From assembly GCA_963678815.1 (NCBI GenBank), contig OY787460.1, positions 7,031,503 to 7,095,502 on the forward strand: DNA of 64,000 bases. Direction: 5' to 3'. Position 1 is the stretch's first letter; the number at the start of each line of letters is the position of its first letter. Below, piece after piece: positions 28,523 through 39,200 of this stretch. Below the pieces are notes generated by a model. It had not been told where the DNA came from, ran no database searches, and saw nothing but the letters and a program-made list of their open reading frames with translations. The DNA comes from Victivallales bacterium (lineage in GTDB: Bacteria; Verrucomicrobiota; Lentisphaeria; Victivallales; G963678815). Made by a program: the position numbers and the translations under genes.

Positions 28523-31118
28523 CGCCTTTATCGGCTGCTTTTTTATACCATTTCATCGCTTTAGTATAATTTTTCCCCACGCCATAACCGCAACGGTAAA
28601 AATTTCCTATCTTACACATTGCATGAGTATCACCTTTGTCCGCGGCTTTTCTATAAAACTCTAATGCTTTTACATAGTCCTTTTTATTGAACCATATATT
28701 TCCGGTATCATTCAAGGATGAGATTTCTATTTCCATTATAACCTGCTTGGGGATGCCAGCTTTCTCCATCCAATCTTTACCGGTAAAGCTTTTTATTCTT
28801 CCGTCAGAATAGAAAACGCTACCGAAATTCTTAAAATTGCCGGGTTTGTCCCAGGCAACAGGTTTGCCTTCAGAATCTTTTGCCATCAAACCATTCCGAT
28901 AAACATAATCCACGGTTGTTTCTGTCCATGCTTCACCTTTTTTTGCCGGTTTGGTATTAGTATTGGGGCAAGTTAAAATCCTGGGATCTTTTATGTAGTA
29001 TTCTTTCCTCAATACATCCAGACCGGCCGCACCGTTGGTGGCTGGAAAGTGCTGAGCAAAGTCATCAGAATACATTTTCAGAGCGAGTCCAATCTTTTTT
29101 AAATTTATTCTCGCAGCCTCCAACTTACGTGTTGTTTTAATGTCGTTATCAGTTTTTTCTACCGCTTTGGCAATGAGGGTTACGGCTTTCCTGTAGGATG
29201 ACAGGGCTTTATCCCAGTCTTCGGAGGATACGGCGTTGTCGGCGCTGGATACTGCAAGCCGGGCTTCGGCCCAGTCCGCGCCGCCGAATTTGTCGATATC
29301 GGCGCGTTTCACTTTAGCGAGTTGGGCTTCATATTGTTTTTTGATAATAGCCAGTGCGGAAGTTCCAATAGCATAGTTCTTTGCGTGTTTGTATTCCTTT
29401 TCAGACGCCGTGAAGCTTTTCTTAGCTCCCGAAAAATCACCTTTTGCAAGCTTGGCCTTGCCATCATCTTCAAGGCTCTTTGCGCTGTTCCAGATACTTT
29501 TCGCCAGACTCGAAGCGTTGCTCTTTTCCGCGCTTTGTTTCTCCTGTTCCGATCTTTTTGAGGATACCATTGCCGAATTTCGTTCCGAATCGAGCTTTAC
29601 AAGCTTTCTGCATCCGGTTATTACTTCCTGGTATTTACCTAAAGCATTGCCGTAAGATTTGGCGCCAAACAAGGTTTTTGCGGTATTGAGTTTCAGTTTC
29701 AGAGTATCTTTTTTCTTTTGAAATCCGTGTTCGGGAGAAATGCGGCTTAACCTTTCGAACACCATTTCCGCGCGGCTCTTGACCGGAGCGGTTTCGGCGA
29801 GTCCGGCTTTTTCCTTGATCCTGTCCTGCATCGTCCGGGCGTAGGAGTTTTGAGGGTCGATCGACAGTATTTCCGAGGCCGCCGCCGAAGCCGCCGACAA
29901 GTCCCCTTTTCTGAATGAAGACTTCAGTTTCTTTTTAAGGGAATTGAGTTTTTCCTGCGTCTCTTTCGCGAGCTGTTCCTGACGCTGGCGTTCTTCCTCT
30001 GCCGCTTTTTCCCTGGCCAATTGTTCGGCTTTGGACTTCTGGACTTCCCGGTATTTGGTGTAGCCGAAATATCCGCCAGCGCCTATAAGGACAAGAATAA
30101 TCAGCAGAACCGCAATTATTTTGCCGCCGCCGGAGGATTTAGAGGCGCGTTTTACTTTGACTTTTCCCCTCATAGCATTGATAAACTCGTCACAGGAAGC
30201 GTAGCGGTCTGAGCCTTTTTTGGCTAACGCCTTCATCAAAAGCGCGTTTTGTTTTTTATTCAATTGGGGCAAAGGTTCCGGCATCCGGTTTTCCACCAGG
30301 TTCAACATCAAACCGGCGTCGCCCGATTCGAAAACCGACTGGAACGGTACGCCGCCGCTGATCAACTCATAAAGCATACAGGCCAGCGCGTACTGATCGG
30401 TTTCGGGTCCCTGGTTTTTACCCGCCCACTGCTCGGGGGCCATGTAGGGGCGCGTACCGGAGGTGTCGAACTGTTCCCGGGAGACCCGGCCCATCGAACT
30501 GCGGATTTCGGCGGCAAGCCCGAAGTCGAGAACCTTAACTTCTCCATCCGGGGAAATCATGATATTCGACGGTTTTACGTCGCGATGGATGATCTTTTTC
30601 GAATGCGCGAAGTCCAACGCCTGGGCGACTTTTCCGCAGATGTCCAGAGCTTTGTCCAGCGGTACTTTTTTATCCGGGAACTGTTTGCGCCAGTTGGACA
30701 GTGTCGAGCCATTGACATACTCCATCACCACCAGATAACTGTCGGGAAAAACCCGTAAATGTTCCTGGGCGGCGGCGTCAACCTTTTCCACCTTGTGGAG
30801 ATGTTCCAGCGAGGCTATGTATTGGTGTTTCAGCTTGGAGACCATTGCAAAGTTGGACCGGACGTTTTCCAGCTCTTCCGGAACCGCCGAGATCATCGGC
30901 GGCAATACTTTCAATGCGACATTGATCCCTGCCACGGTATCATGCGCCCGGTATACCGCGCCGAACCCGCCAGCTCCCAGTTGCTCGACAAGTTCATAAC
31001 GGTCAATGCGCCCTAACGATCCGGGAGAATTCCCGTTTTCGGTAAGCATGTTGCCAATGGATAAATCCAGATTTTCGCCACTTTCCGTTTTAAAATCGCC
31101 AATATTACTATTATCCAT
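28449..31118 (-). CDS. Hanks-type Ser/Thr protein kinase (receptor-like) with one TM helix, a coiled-coil/TPR-like ectodomain, a leaderless DUF1559-like domain and Sel1 repeats. The 3' end is frameshifted and the true C-terminus is probably at 28262.
   Basis: Kinase motifs GAGGFGAVYRA, VALKVL, IIHRDVKPSNIM, DFGLA and GTRPYMAPEQ are all present. The TM helix is IIAVLLIILVLIGAGGYFGY. The DUF1559-like segment reads 'LKKIGLALKMY...FYSDGRIKSF'. The N-terminal roughly 650 aa are identical to gene 47603..50713. Confidence 0.8.
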   Translation of the reverse strand: MDNSNIGDFKTESGENLDLSIGNMLTENGNSPGSLGRIDRYELVEQLGAGGFGAVYRAHDTVAGINVALKVLPPMISAVPEELENVRSNFAMVSKLKHQYIASLEHLHKVEKVDAAAQEHLRVFPDSYLVVMEYVNGSTLSNWRKQFPDKKVPLDKALDICGKVAQALDFAHSKKIIHRDVKPSNIMISPDGEVKVLDFGLAAEIRSSMGRVSREQFDTSGTRPYMAPEQWAGKNQGPETDQYALACMLYELISGGVPFQSVFESGDAGLMLNLVENRMPEPLPQLNKKQNALLMKALAKKGSDRYASCDEFINAMRGKVKVKRASKSSGGGKIIAVLLIILVLIGAGGYFGYTKYREVQKSKAEQLAREKAAEEERQRQEQLAKETQEKLNSLKKKLKSSFRKGDLSAASAAASEILSIDPQNSYARTMQDRIKEKAGLAETAPVKSRAEMVFERLSRISPEHGFQKKKDTLKLKLNTAKTLFGAKSYGNALGKYQEVITGCRKLVKLDSERNSAMVSSKRSEQEKQSAEKSNASSLAKSIWNSAKSLEDDGKAKLAKGDFSGAKKSFTASEKEYKHAKNYAIGTSALAIIKKQYEAQLAKVKRADIDKFGGADWAEARLAVSSADNAVSSEDWDKALSSYRKAVTLIAKAVEKTDNDIKTTRKLEAARINLKKIGLALKMYSDDFAQHFPATNGAAGLDVLRKEYYIKDPRILTCPNTNTKPAKKGEAWTETTVDYVYRNGLMAKDSEGKPVAWDKPGNFKNFGSVFYSDGRIKSFTGKDWMEKAGIPKQVIMEIEISSLNDTGNIWFNKKDYVKALEFYRKAADKGDTHAMCKIGNFYRCGYGVGKNYTKAMKWYKKAADKGDASAKYYVYTTMVFRELQRTIPKQ

Positions 31119-31143
31119 ATATTTATTCCATCCTGAATTATAA
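29160..31143. repeat. Copy 1 of a roughly 2 kb direct repeat (copy 2 at 48755-50738). About 1.8 kb is identical and a junction of about 180 nt is about 88% identical.
   Basis: Identical six-frame ORFs recur at a constant offset of 19595 nt (for example 29322..29561 and 48917..49156). I compared the junctions directly. Confidence 0.85.
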
Positions 31144-31148
31144 AAAAA

Positions 31149-32852
31149 TCAGCTCTGGTTGGTGGAAGTGTTTTTATTTCCTGAACCCGCGGCGGCGCTT
31201 CTGGCATTGGCGTCGAGCGACTTGTCCAGGACCTGTTCTAAGCGGTCAGCGTTTTTCTCCATTAACTCGACTTTTTCATTTACCATATCTGCCTTAATCT
31301 TGCTGGCATTGGCTTCAGCGTTGGCTTTGGCAATATCGGCCACGGATTTAGCCAGTTCAGCGTTGTCACCGGCCTGTATTGCAAGCATCTGCTCGGGGGC
31401 CATGTTGGCCATCATTTCTTTGAGCTTCATATCATTGCCGGTCTTGATCGCTTCCTGATACTGCTTGAATTCTTCCGGGGAAAGAACCGAGGCCAGTGCT
31501 TCAACGGACTGTCCGGTGCGGTTAGCAATTTTTGTTTTCTCCTCTTCAGCATCGAGCGCTGAACGCTGGGCGCGAAGGTCCAGGCCCATTTCAGCCTTTT
31601 TGATTTTATCTTCGTGCGTAGCCATGTCCTGACTGCGCATTTGGGCGAAATCCTTGTCCTTTTCGGCGCGATCGAAATCGTTTAATTTCGCCTCTTTGCC
31701 CATGTTGTGGTCAAGTTCGATATTTTCGTTTTCCCTGCGGAAATCATCGGCGTCACGCTTAAGTTCCTGGGCTTGTTTCTGTTTTTTCTGTTCGAGCTCA
31801 TGGTTGAGGTCCGCGAGAATTTTCTTGAATTCCACGTCCAACTGTTCTTTGTTCAGATCGTATTCGTAAGCGAGCTGATCGAGCTGTGCCTGAAGGTCTT
31901 TTTCGGTTTTGACGGTATCAAGCTTATCGTCAGAGACGATCCGCCTGGCGCGTTTTTCCAGAACTGCTTTCCGGGCGTCCGCTTCGATATTACCGGCTTT
32001 CTCGCACAACTCCTCATAGGTTTTGCCGAAGAAGGTGACGGCGGCGCAACGGACAAGGACCATGCCGTACCTTTCGGCGGCCCTGGACATAGTCAAGGCA
32101 AGGCGGTTTTCGAAAGCCTCGCGGACATGTGCCGATTTCACCAGGTCGTCGATACTGGCTTCAAGGCACATGCTTCTCACGGCTTCGGTAACTTCATGCT
32201 CCAGGCATTTCCACAAGTTATCATAGCGGACTTCGTTTGATTCCGCGTTTTTTTCCTGGTCTGATTCCGTGTGAACGATCTGGCGTTTGTCCTTCAGGAC
32301 GTTTTCGATCAATGCAAGGGCTTTTTCCGGGTTGAAACGGAAAATAGCCTCGGTGTAAAAGTTAAGCTTCATATCCTCCTTGGAGCGAAGCCCGAGGACG
32401 TTGAAAGGAAGGGCCACATCGCCTGCGTCAACCAAAAAGAAAGACTTATATGCCGGTTCGGAAAAAACACGTTTAAGCAGATTTCCGTCCACGTTGTATG
32501 CGCCGGGTTTCAGAACATCGGTGATCTTGCCGTTTTCCATCACGATGGCTTTGGTGCCTTCCTCAATAATAAGTTTGCCGTCGAGACGCCGCTTAATGGC
32601 GGGAAGGTCAACCCGCTGAAGAAACACTCCGGCCACACGGCGGATCGATCCGTTTACCACCAGGTCGCGCTCTTCCGGGTACAAGGCAGCCCGGCAGCTG
32701 TGACAGAATTCCGCTTCGACGCCTACCCATGAATTGCAGTTGTGACATCTAGTCCATCCGCCGGGAGCGCCGGTGCCGCATTTATTACAGAATCTTGCCT
32801 GTTTGGGAACCCGGTTGCCGCATTTCTCACATTTGTCCGCGAATATACCCAT
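31149..32852 (-). CDS. Double zinc-ribbon plus SPFH/band-7 (flotillin-like) domain protein with a long C-terminal coiled coil. It is the first gene of the kinase operon.
   Basis: The N-terminus has 'CEKCGNRVPKQARFCNKCG' and 'CHNCNSWVGVEAEFCHSCR'. An SPFH-like segment follows. The last roughly 250 aa are a charged E/K/A-rich coiled coil. Confidence 0.5.
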   Translation of the reverse strand: MGIFADKCEKCGNRVPKQARFCNKCGTGAPGGWTRCHNCNSWVGVEAEFCHSCRAALYPEERDLVVNGSIRRVAGVFLQRVDLPAIKRRLDGKLIIEEGTKAIVMENGKITDVLKPGAYNVDGNLLKRVFSEPAYKSFFLVDAGDVALPFNVLGLRSKEDMKLNFYTEAIFRFNPEKALALIENVLKDKRQIVHTESDQEKNAESNEVRYDNLWKCLEHEVTEAVRSMCLEASIDDLVKSAHVREAFENRLALTMSRAAERYGMVLVRCAAVTFFGKTYEELCEKAGNIEADARKAVLEKRARRIVSDDKLDTVKTEKDLQAQLDQLAYEYDLNKEQLDVEFKKILADLNHELEQKKQKQAQELKRDADDFRRENENIELDHNMGKEAKLNDFDRAEKDKDFAQMRSQDMATHEDKIKKAEMGLDLRAQRSALDAEEEKTKIANRTGQSVEALASVLSPEEFKQYQEAIKTGNDMKLKEMMANMAPEQMLAIQAGDNAELAKSVADIAKANAEANASKIKADMVNEKVELMEKNADRLEQVLDKSLDANARSAAAGSGNKNTSTNQS

Positions 32853-32890
32853 TTCACACCTCCTGCCTTATAAATAATTTTCACATATTT

Positions 32891-32916
32891 TACGTAACAA
32901 AAACATCCACCTCACG
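32891..32916 (-). promoter_or_regulatory. Candidate ECF-type promoter, motif copy A (CGTGAGG-N15-CGTA), 39 nt upstream of the 31149..32852 start
   Basis: An RBS (AGGAGGTG) lies between the motif and the start codon. Confidence 0.5.
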
Positions 32917-32962
32917 CGAAATAATGAATTTACCGCGATAACATAAAAAACGTTTTGCAAAC

Positions 32963-35900
32963 CTATTTAAGCTTATCTAACTTTTCCTTGGCATTTTTAT
33001 CACCGTTGTCATATGCCTTCTGATACCAGCGCTTTGCCTCGGTGAGGTCTTTTGTGACTCCCCAGCCATTCTTGTACATATCCGCGATATAATTCATTGC
33101 GTCCGTATTGCCCATGCCGGCGGCTTTCTTATACAACTCCATGGCTTTTTCGTAGTCTTTTTCAACCCCATTCCCCCAATAATACATATTCCCGACGCTT
33201 CTTATCCCGTTCGGATCTTCTTTGTCAGCGGATTTTCTGTACCATTTCAGAGCTTCGACGTAGTCTTTTTTTACTCCATATCCCCAATAATACATATTCC
33301 CGACATAAACCATTGCTTTCGTATCACCGTTATCCGCGGCTTTTTTATACCACTTAATAGCTTCCAGGTCATCTTTTTTGACCCCTTCTCTGCCATTATA
33401 ATATATCAGCGCGATATAATTCATTGCTTTGGTATTACCTTTATCCGCGGCTTTTTTATACCACTTAACAGCTTCGTGACCGTCCTCTTTAACCCCATAA
33501 CCGTTAAGATACATATTCCCGATATAAATCATGGCTTTGATATTGCCATTTGCCGCGGCTTTTTTATACCACTTCAGGGCTTCGGGATTATCTTCTTTAA
33601 CGCCGCGTCCATTATAATACATGTGTCCAATGCCAGCCATCGCATCAGGATTACCTTTATCGGCGGCTTTCCGGTAGTATTCCAAAGCTTTTGAATACTC
33701 TTTTTTGTCATAATGCTTTTTCCCGGTTTCATACCAGGCGTCGGCGTTTTTCTTATCGATCAGTTTACTTACGCCTGCTTTTTCCATCCAGTCTTTGCCG
33801 GAAAAGCCTGAAACATGGCCATCAGCATAAAGGACGTTTCCGAAGTCCTTGAAGTTTCCGTGCTTATCCCAGGCGACAGGGGTATCGCCGCCTTTGCCGT
33901 AAACCGCGCCTCCCCGGTAAACATAATCCACAGTGGCTTCGGTTAATTTTTCTCCGGGTTTCGCGGGTTTGGTGTCCGTAGCCGGACATATGAATATTTT
34001 CGGTTCGGTGAGATATTCCTCTTTTCTCAACAATTCAAACCCGGCGGCTCCATCGGGAGCCGGAAACTTGTTTTTATAGTCCATTGCGTACATGCACAGC
34101 GCCAAGCCGATCTGTTTCAGATTGTTCGCATCGCTTATCTTTTTAGCTTTCAACCGGGCGTGTGCAAGCGCTGACTCTATGGCTTGCCGCATTTCCGCGC
34201 TGATTTCTACAGACGCGGATACCTCCATGCCCTGATTGATAAATTTTACGGTTTCAGTCCCGCCCGGCAGCCTGCAGATTTGATTCAGAACCGCATTCAC
34301 CTGATTCAGATGCGAACTCAACATTCTCAGACTGTCGCTTGAAGCGCAAACGGCGTTCAGGCGCAAAATGTAACCGTTTTGGTTATTTTTCACCGACAGC
34401 AAGACATGTTTCGTCAGCGGAATCTTGTTCTTTTCCGCCAACGGTTCCGGTATTTTCGCGGCGACGCTGACAAATTCCGGTTTGCCCCCGGCAAGTTTTT
34501 TCAGTTCGCTTGAACCGTCAGCGGTTCTTTGATAGAGGGATTTGATCAGCAACTCTTTCGTGCCGAATGAAAGAATATTATCCGGGAGCTGGGCAATATA
34601 CAGTTTTACATTATTATCATCATAGAACAGATAAATATCCCTGGAATTATATTTTTCTCTGGTTTCGGCAACGTCTCCCATATCGCTGACGGCTCTTTTC
34701 AAGTCGAACGGACGGTTGAATTGAGCGTTGACGATAAATGGGATTGACGGCTTTTCCGGATTGATAATTCCGGGCAGGACAACGCCAACGGAAACACTTT
34801 CAATATTTTCAGGATTAATCCCATATTCATTAAGCTTATTTTTAAATTTGGGATTAACCTGTAAGAACTCCTGGTATTTTGAAAATATTTCTTTAATCGA
34901 GAGTAATTTCCGCACATCAATAGACGCAACAACATTGCAGTTGACGGGCAGCATGTCGGTTAGAGTAATTTTTTTAGGGGGAGCAGGCTCTTTCTTTTGA
35001 ACGCGTTTTTGTTTTGCGGCTTCCGGCTTTTTCTGAATTTCCTTTTTCTGAGGAATAACGATTTTTTCCTGTTGAACGTAATTTTGTTCTTCCGCGACCG
35101 GCGGTTTTTTCAGACTCCCGGTATTTACTGTATCGGATTTACTGGTAAGCATGGCGATAAATATTCCGGCAAATACCGCAACTACTCCCGCCAGACATAA
35201 TCCGCCCCATATCAGCAGGCTTTTCTTTCCGGAACCATTCCCGGTTTTATTCATCGATTCAGCTTTTTTACGGCCAACGTTTGAAACACCCGGCGCTTTT
35301 ACCGCTTTTATGTCGTTGGTCAGGGCGGCGACGGAATCGTAACGGTCTGCGGCTTCCGGCTCCAGGCACTTGAGGATGATGCTGTCCCATTGTTTGTTAT
35401 GGCCGAGTTCGGACGGCAGTTTAAAGCGTCCTTTCGCCTTTTTGCCGGTCAGCATGCGATAGATTATCAAACCTAAAGCATAGATGTCGCTTCTGGCGGT
35501 TGCCTCCCCGCCTTCCTGCTGTTCCGGGGCCATGTATTCGTAAGTTCCCAAAAGGGAACCCGTGGTGGTCCTGGACGACTGCCCTGAGCCTTTCATAGTG
35601 GCCATGCCGCCGATCGACAAGTCCGCAGATTGCGCCCCACCCATGGTCAGGCGGATCGACTGGTCGATCATATTGCGCAGGTAATCGGACCCGACCACTT
35701 TCGCCAGTCCGAAATCGGCGATCTTGACATTATTTCTGGAATCCATCAGAATATTGGATGGTTTCAGGTCGCGGTGAACCACGCCTTCCTGGAAGTTGTG
35801 GGCATAATTCAGGGCGTCGCAGATTTGCAGCGATAATTCCCTGACGTCTTTATCGCTGAAACTTCCTTTCTCCCGGATTTCATCTTCAAGGGTTTTCGGC

Positions 35901-36232
35901 TTGCCCTCGTCGCTTTCCACATAATCCATAACCAGATAGTAAAGCCCATCATTTGCGCCGATGAAATTGACATGGACAATATTGGGGTGGCTCAAATCAG
36001 CCATGACCCTTGCTTCGATTTTGAACCTGTCGATGAAACTGCCGTTAGCCGAAAGATCCGGAGGAAGAACTTTGAGCGCATAGCGTTTGTGCATCTGAAT
36101 ATTTTCCACCATGTACACTTCGCCCATGCCGCCTTTGCCCAGCAAAGCCAATACCCGGTATTCGCCAATAACTGATCCTGTTTTTAAAATTGTTCCGACC
36201 TCTTCCGACATTTTCGGTAAAATCCTTATCAT
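32963..36232 (-). CDS. Hanks-type Ser/Thr receptor kinase with a TM helix, a leaderless DUF1559-like domain and Sel1 repeats
   Basis: Kinase motifs GKGGMGEVY, ALKVL, VVHRDLKPSNILMD, DFGLAKV and GTYEYMAPEQ. The TM helix is LLIWGGLCLAGVVAVFAGIFIAML. The DUF1559-like segment reads 'LKQIGLALCMYAMDY...LYADGHVSGF'. About 8 Sel1 repeats follow. Confidence 0.8.
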   Translation of the reverse strand: MIRILPKMSEEVGTILKTGSVIGEYRVLALLGKGGMGEVYMVENIQMHKRYALKVLPPDLSANGSFIDRFKIEARVMADLSHPNIVHVNFIGANDGLYYLVMDYVESDEGKPKTLEDEIREKGSFSDKDVRELSLQICDALNYAHNFQEGVVHRDLKPSNILMDSRNNVKIADFGLAKVVGSDYLRNMIDQSIRLTMGGAQSADLSIGGMATMKGSGQSSRTTTGSLLGTYEYMAPEQQEGGEATARSDIYALGLIIYRMLTGKKAKGRFKLPSELGHNKQWDSIILKCLEPEAADRYDSVAALTNDIKAVKAPGVSNVGRKKAESMNKTGNGSGKKSLLIWGGLCLAGVVAVFAGIFIAMLTSKSDTVNTGSLKKPPVAEEQNYVQQEKIVIPQKKEIQKKPEAAKQKRVQKKEPAPPKKITLTDMLPVNCNVVASIDVRKLLSIKEIFSKYQEFLQVNPKFKNKLNEYGINPENIESVSVGVVLPGIINPEKPSIPFIVNAQFNRPFDLKRAVSDMGDVAETREKYNSRDIYLFYDDNNVKLYIAQLPDNILSFGTKELLIKSLYQRTADGSSELKKLAGGKPEFVSVAAKIPEPLAEKNKIPLTKHVLLSVKNNQNGYILRLNAVCASSDSLRMLSSHLNQVNAVLNQICRLPGGTETVKFINQGMEVSASVEISAEMRQAIESALAHARLKAKKISDANNLKQIGLALCMYAMDYKNKFPAPDGAAGFELLRKEEYLTEPKIFICPATDTKPAKPGEKLTEATVDYVYRGGAVYGKGGDTPVAWDKHGNFKDFGNVLYADGHVSGFSGKDWMEKAGVSKLIDKKNADAWYETGKKHYDKKEYSKALEYYRKAADKGNPDAMAGIGHMYYNGRGVKEDNPEALKWYKKAAANGNIKAMIYIGNMYLNGYGVKEDGHEAVKWYKKAADKGNTKAMNYIALIYYNGREGVKKDDLEAIKWYKKAADNGDTKAMVYVGNMYYWGYGVKKDYVEALKWYRKSADKEDPNGIRSVGNMYYWGNGVEKDYEKAMELYKKAAGMGNTDAMNYIADMYKNGWGVTKDLTEAKRWYQKAYDNGDKNAKEKLDKLK

Positions 36233-36237
36233 TAAAT

Positions 36238-39200
36238 TTAAAGCTTATTCAACATGTCTTGGGCGCGCTTTTTCTGGTAACTGAACGTGCTGTTGTCATA
36301 AGATTTCTGAAACCAGAGCCTTGCCTGAATACTGTTTTTCTTTATTCCGTAACCGCCTTGGAGATAGAGGATGCCGATGGAATACATGGCGTTCGAGTTT
36401 TTCTTTTTGGACGCCTTCAAAAACCAGCTCATGGCATCCATATAATTTTTTGCGACGCCGTGGCCGTTCTGGTACATGAGCCCGATTGAAGTCATTGCCG
36501 GCGCACTGCCTTTATCGGCGGCCTTTTTATACCATTCCATGGCTTTGTCATAATTTTTAGTTATGCCATATCCCCCTTGGGTGTATGTAAAACCGAGGTT
36601 GTTCATTGCGAGGGTATTGCCTCTTTTGGCGGCTTTCTTGTACCATTCCACCGCGGTTGTATAATCTTTGTCTACACCTTGACCGTATTTATAAAACTGA
36701 GCAATACTATTCATGGCTCTGGTGTCACCTTTATCGGCGGCCTTTGTATACCATTCCATGGCTTTTGAATAGTCTTTGGTAACACCTAATCCATATTTGT
36801 ACACATTTGCGATATTTTTCATGGCCGTGGTATTGCCTTTGCCGGCGCCTTTTTTATACCACAGTAACGCCATATGGGAGCTTTTGCTTACCCCATAGCC
36901 ATTCTGGTACATATAACCAATATTGCCTAATGCGGAAGTATTGCCATTATCGGCGGCCTTTTTGTACCATTCCATGGCCTTTGAGTAATTTTTAGCAAAA
37001 CCTTTACCATTCAGGTACAATTGTCCGATCATGTTCATGGAATATGAATTACCTGCATCAGCCGCTTTTTTGAACCAGTCAAACGCTTTGAAATAATTTT
37101 TCGGCAAGCCCTCTCCGCCGATGTAATACAGCATGGCAATGGAATGCATTGCCACGGAGTCACCTTTGTCCGCCAACTTTTCATACCATTCCAAAGCCTT
37201 GGAATAGTCTTTTTGCACTCCGTTCCCAAGTTTATACATAAACGCAATATTGTTGATTGAAAGCTTGTCGCCTTTGGCGGCGGCTTTTTTGTACCATTCC
37301 ATGGCTTTGGTGTAATCTTTTTTAAGACCGCCGATCCCCCATGAATAGAATCTTCCGAGAGTGTTCATGGCCTTTACTTCGCCATTTTCGGCGGCTTTTT
37401 TATACCATTCCAAAGCTTTGGTATAGTCCTTTTTGACGCCATAGCCGTAATTGTAGAATCTCCCGATATCGTACATTGCGGTTGCAAGTCCTTTATCGGC
37501 GGCTTTTTTATACCATTCCAAGGCTTTGGCGTAATCTTTATCAACGCCGTTAGTTCCCAGGTAATAGATGTAACCGATCATGTACATCGACATTCTGTTG
37601 CCTTTACCGGCGGCCTTTTTAAACCATTCCAATGCCTTAACATAATTTTTATCAACGCCGTTACCGCCGTAGAAATAGATGTCGCCGATATCGGACAACG
37701 CCCTGTCATTCCCTTTTTCCGCCGCTTGTTTTAACCATTTCAAGGCTTCCGCGAAATTTTTTTCAACTCCTTCGCCTTTATAAAATTTCTTGCCGACATT
37801 ATACAGGCCCGTGGTGTTGCCTTTTTTCGCGGCTTTTTCATACCACTCAATGGCTTTCACATCATCTTTGGTGATGCCGTCAGCACCGTAATAATAATAA
37901 TTCCCGATTTTGATCATCGAGGAAGTATTGCCTTTTTCGGCGGCTTTTTTGTACCATTTTATCGCTTCGGAGGTATCTTTTTTGACACCATAACCATGCT
38001 GATACATATACCCTATGTTACTGATCGCGGCAATATTGTAATTCGCGGCGGCTTTTTTATACCATTCCATGGCCTTGGCATAGTTTTGATCTATTCCATA
38101 GCCACCTTTATAATACAAGTTCGCAATACCGTTCATTGCGTAAGCGCTGCCTTTACCGGCGGCTTTTTTATACCATTCCAAAGCTTTAGAATAATCCTTT
38201 TTTACCCCGTATCCCATTTTGTACATACGCGCGATATTCATCATTCCGCATACACCACCATTGTCGGCGGCTTTGGTAAACCATTTCAAGGCTTTGGAAT
38301 AATCCTTGTCTACTCCATAACCGCCTTTGCTGTAAATGAATCCTATACAGGTTATGGCATCTATATAGTCTTTTTCGGCGGCTTTTTTGTACCAGCGCAA
38401 TGCTTTTACATAATCTTTTTTAACGCCAACTCCGCCATCATAAATACTTCCCAGATTATGTATTGCTACAACATGACCTTTTTCCGCGGCTTTATGAGAC
38501 CATTCCCTTGTTTTTGCATAATCCAATTTTATGCCTTCTACGCCTTTGAGTCCCCCGTATAACATTGCAATTTGATTCATTGCATCAGCATTATCTTTTT
38601 CGGCGGCTTTTTTATACCAATACATGGCTTTGCTGGCAGTCTGTTTATAATCAGCGCCTTCTTCATGTGGAAAACAACAGGTTTCATATGCAATGCCAAC
38701 GGCCAACTGAGCTATCGGATCTCCTGATTCAGCCAGCTTCAAGGCAGCAGGGAAACACTTTTTCGCGATTTCATTTGCTTTTTGCGGGAGTTCCTCGAAT
38801 CCCAACCGTCCATACAGGTAACAGTATGCTTCGTATAACTGTGCGGAGGGATAGCCCGTTCCGGCAGCCTGTTTATATAGTTTTGCTGCGAGTTTTTTGT
38901 CAACTTTTCCTGCCAAGCCATATTCGTAACAGGTTGCCTGGTCCATAAGTTTTTGGCTTTTGACGGTTCCCGTCAATCCGTCTTTCAGCTTCTTCAATAT
39001 TAAAGCTATTTTCCGGTTTGATTCATAACCTTTTACCGCTTTTGCTTTTTCATACAGTCTTTCCGCCTGCCACAACAATTGGTTTTTCTCCGCTTTTTCG
39101 GCTTTGGCAACTAATGCGTTGAATTCCGTAATGTGCCCTTGGGCGGTTTTTATTCCTTCCAAAGCAACCTTGCTGTCCCGGTAGCCGGGAATTTTCAATG

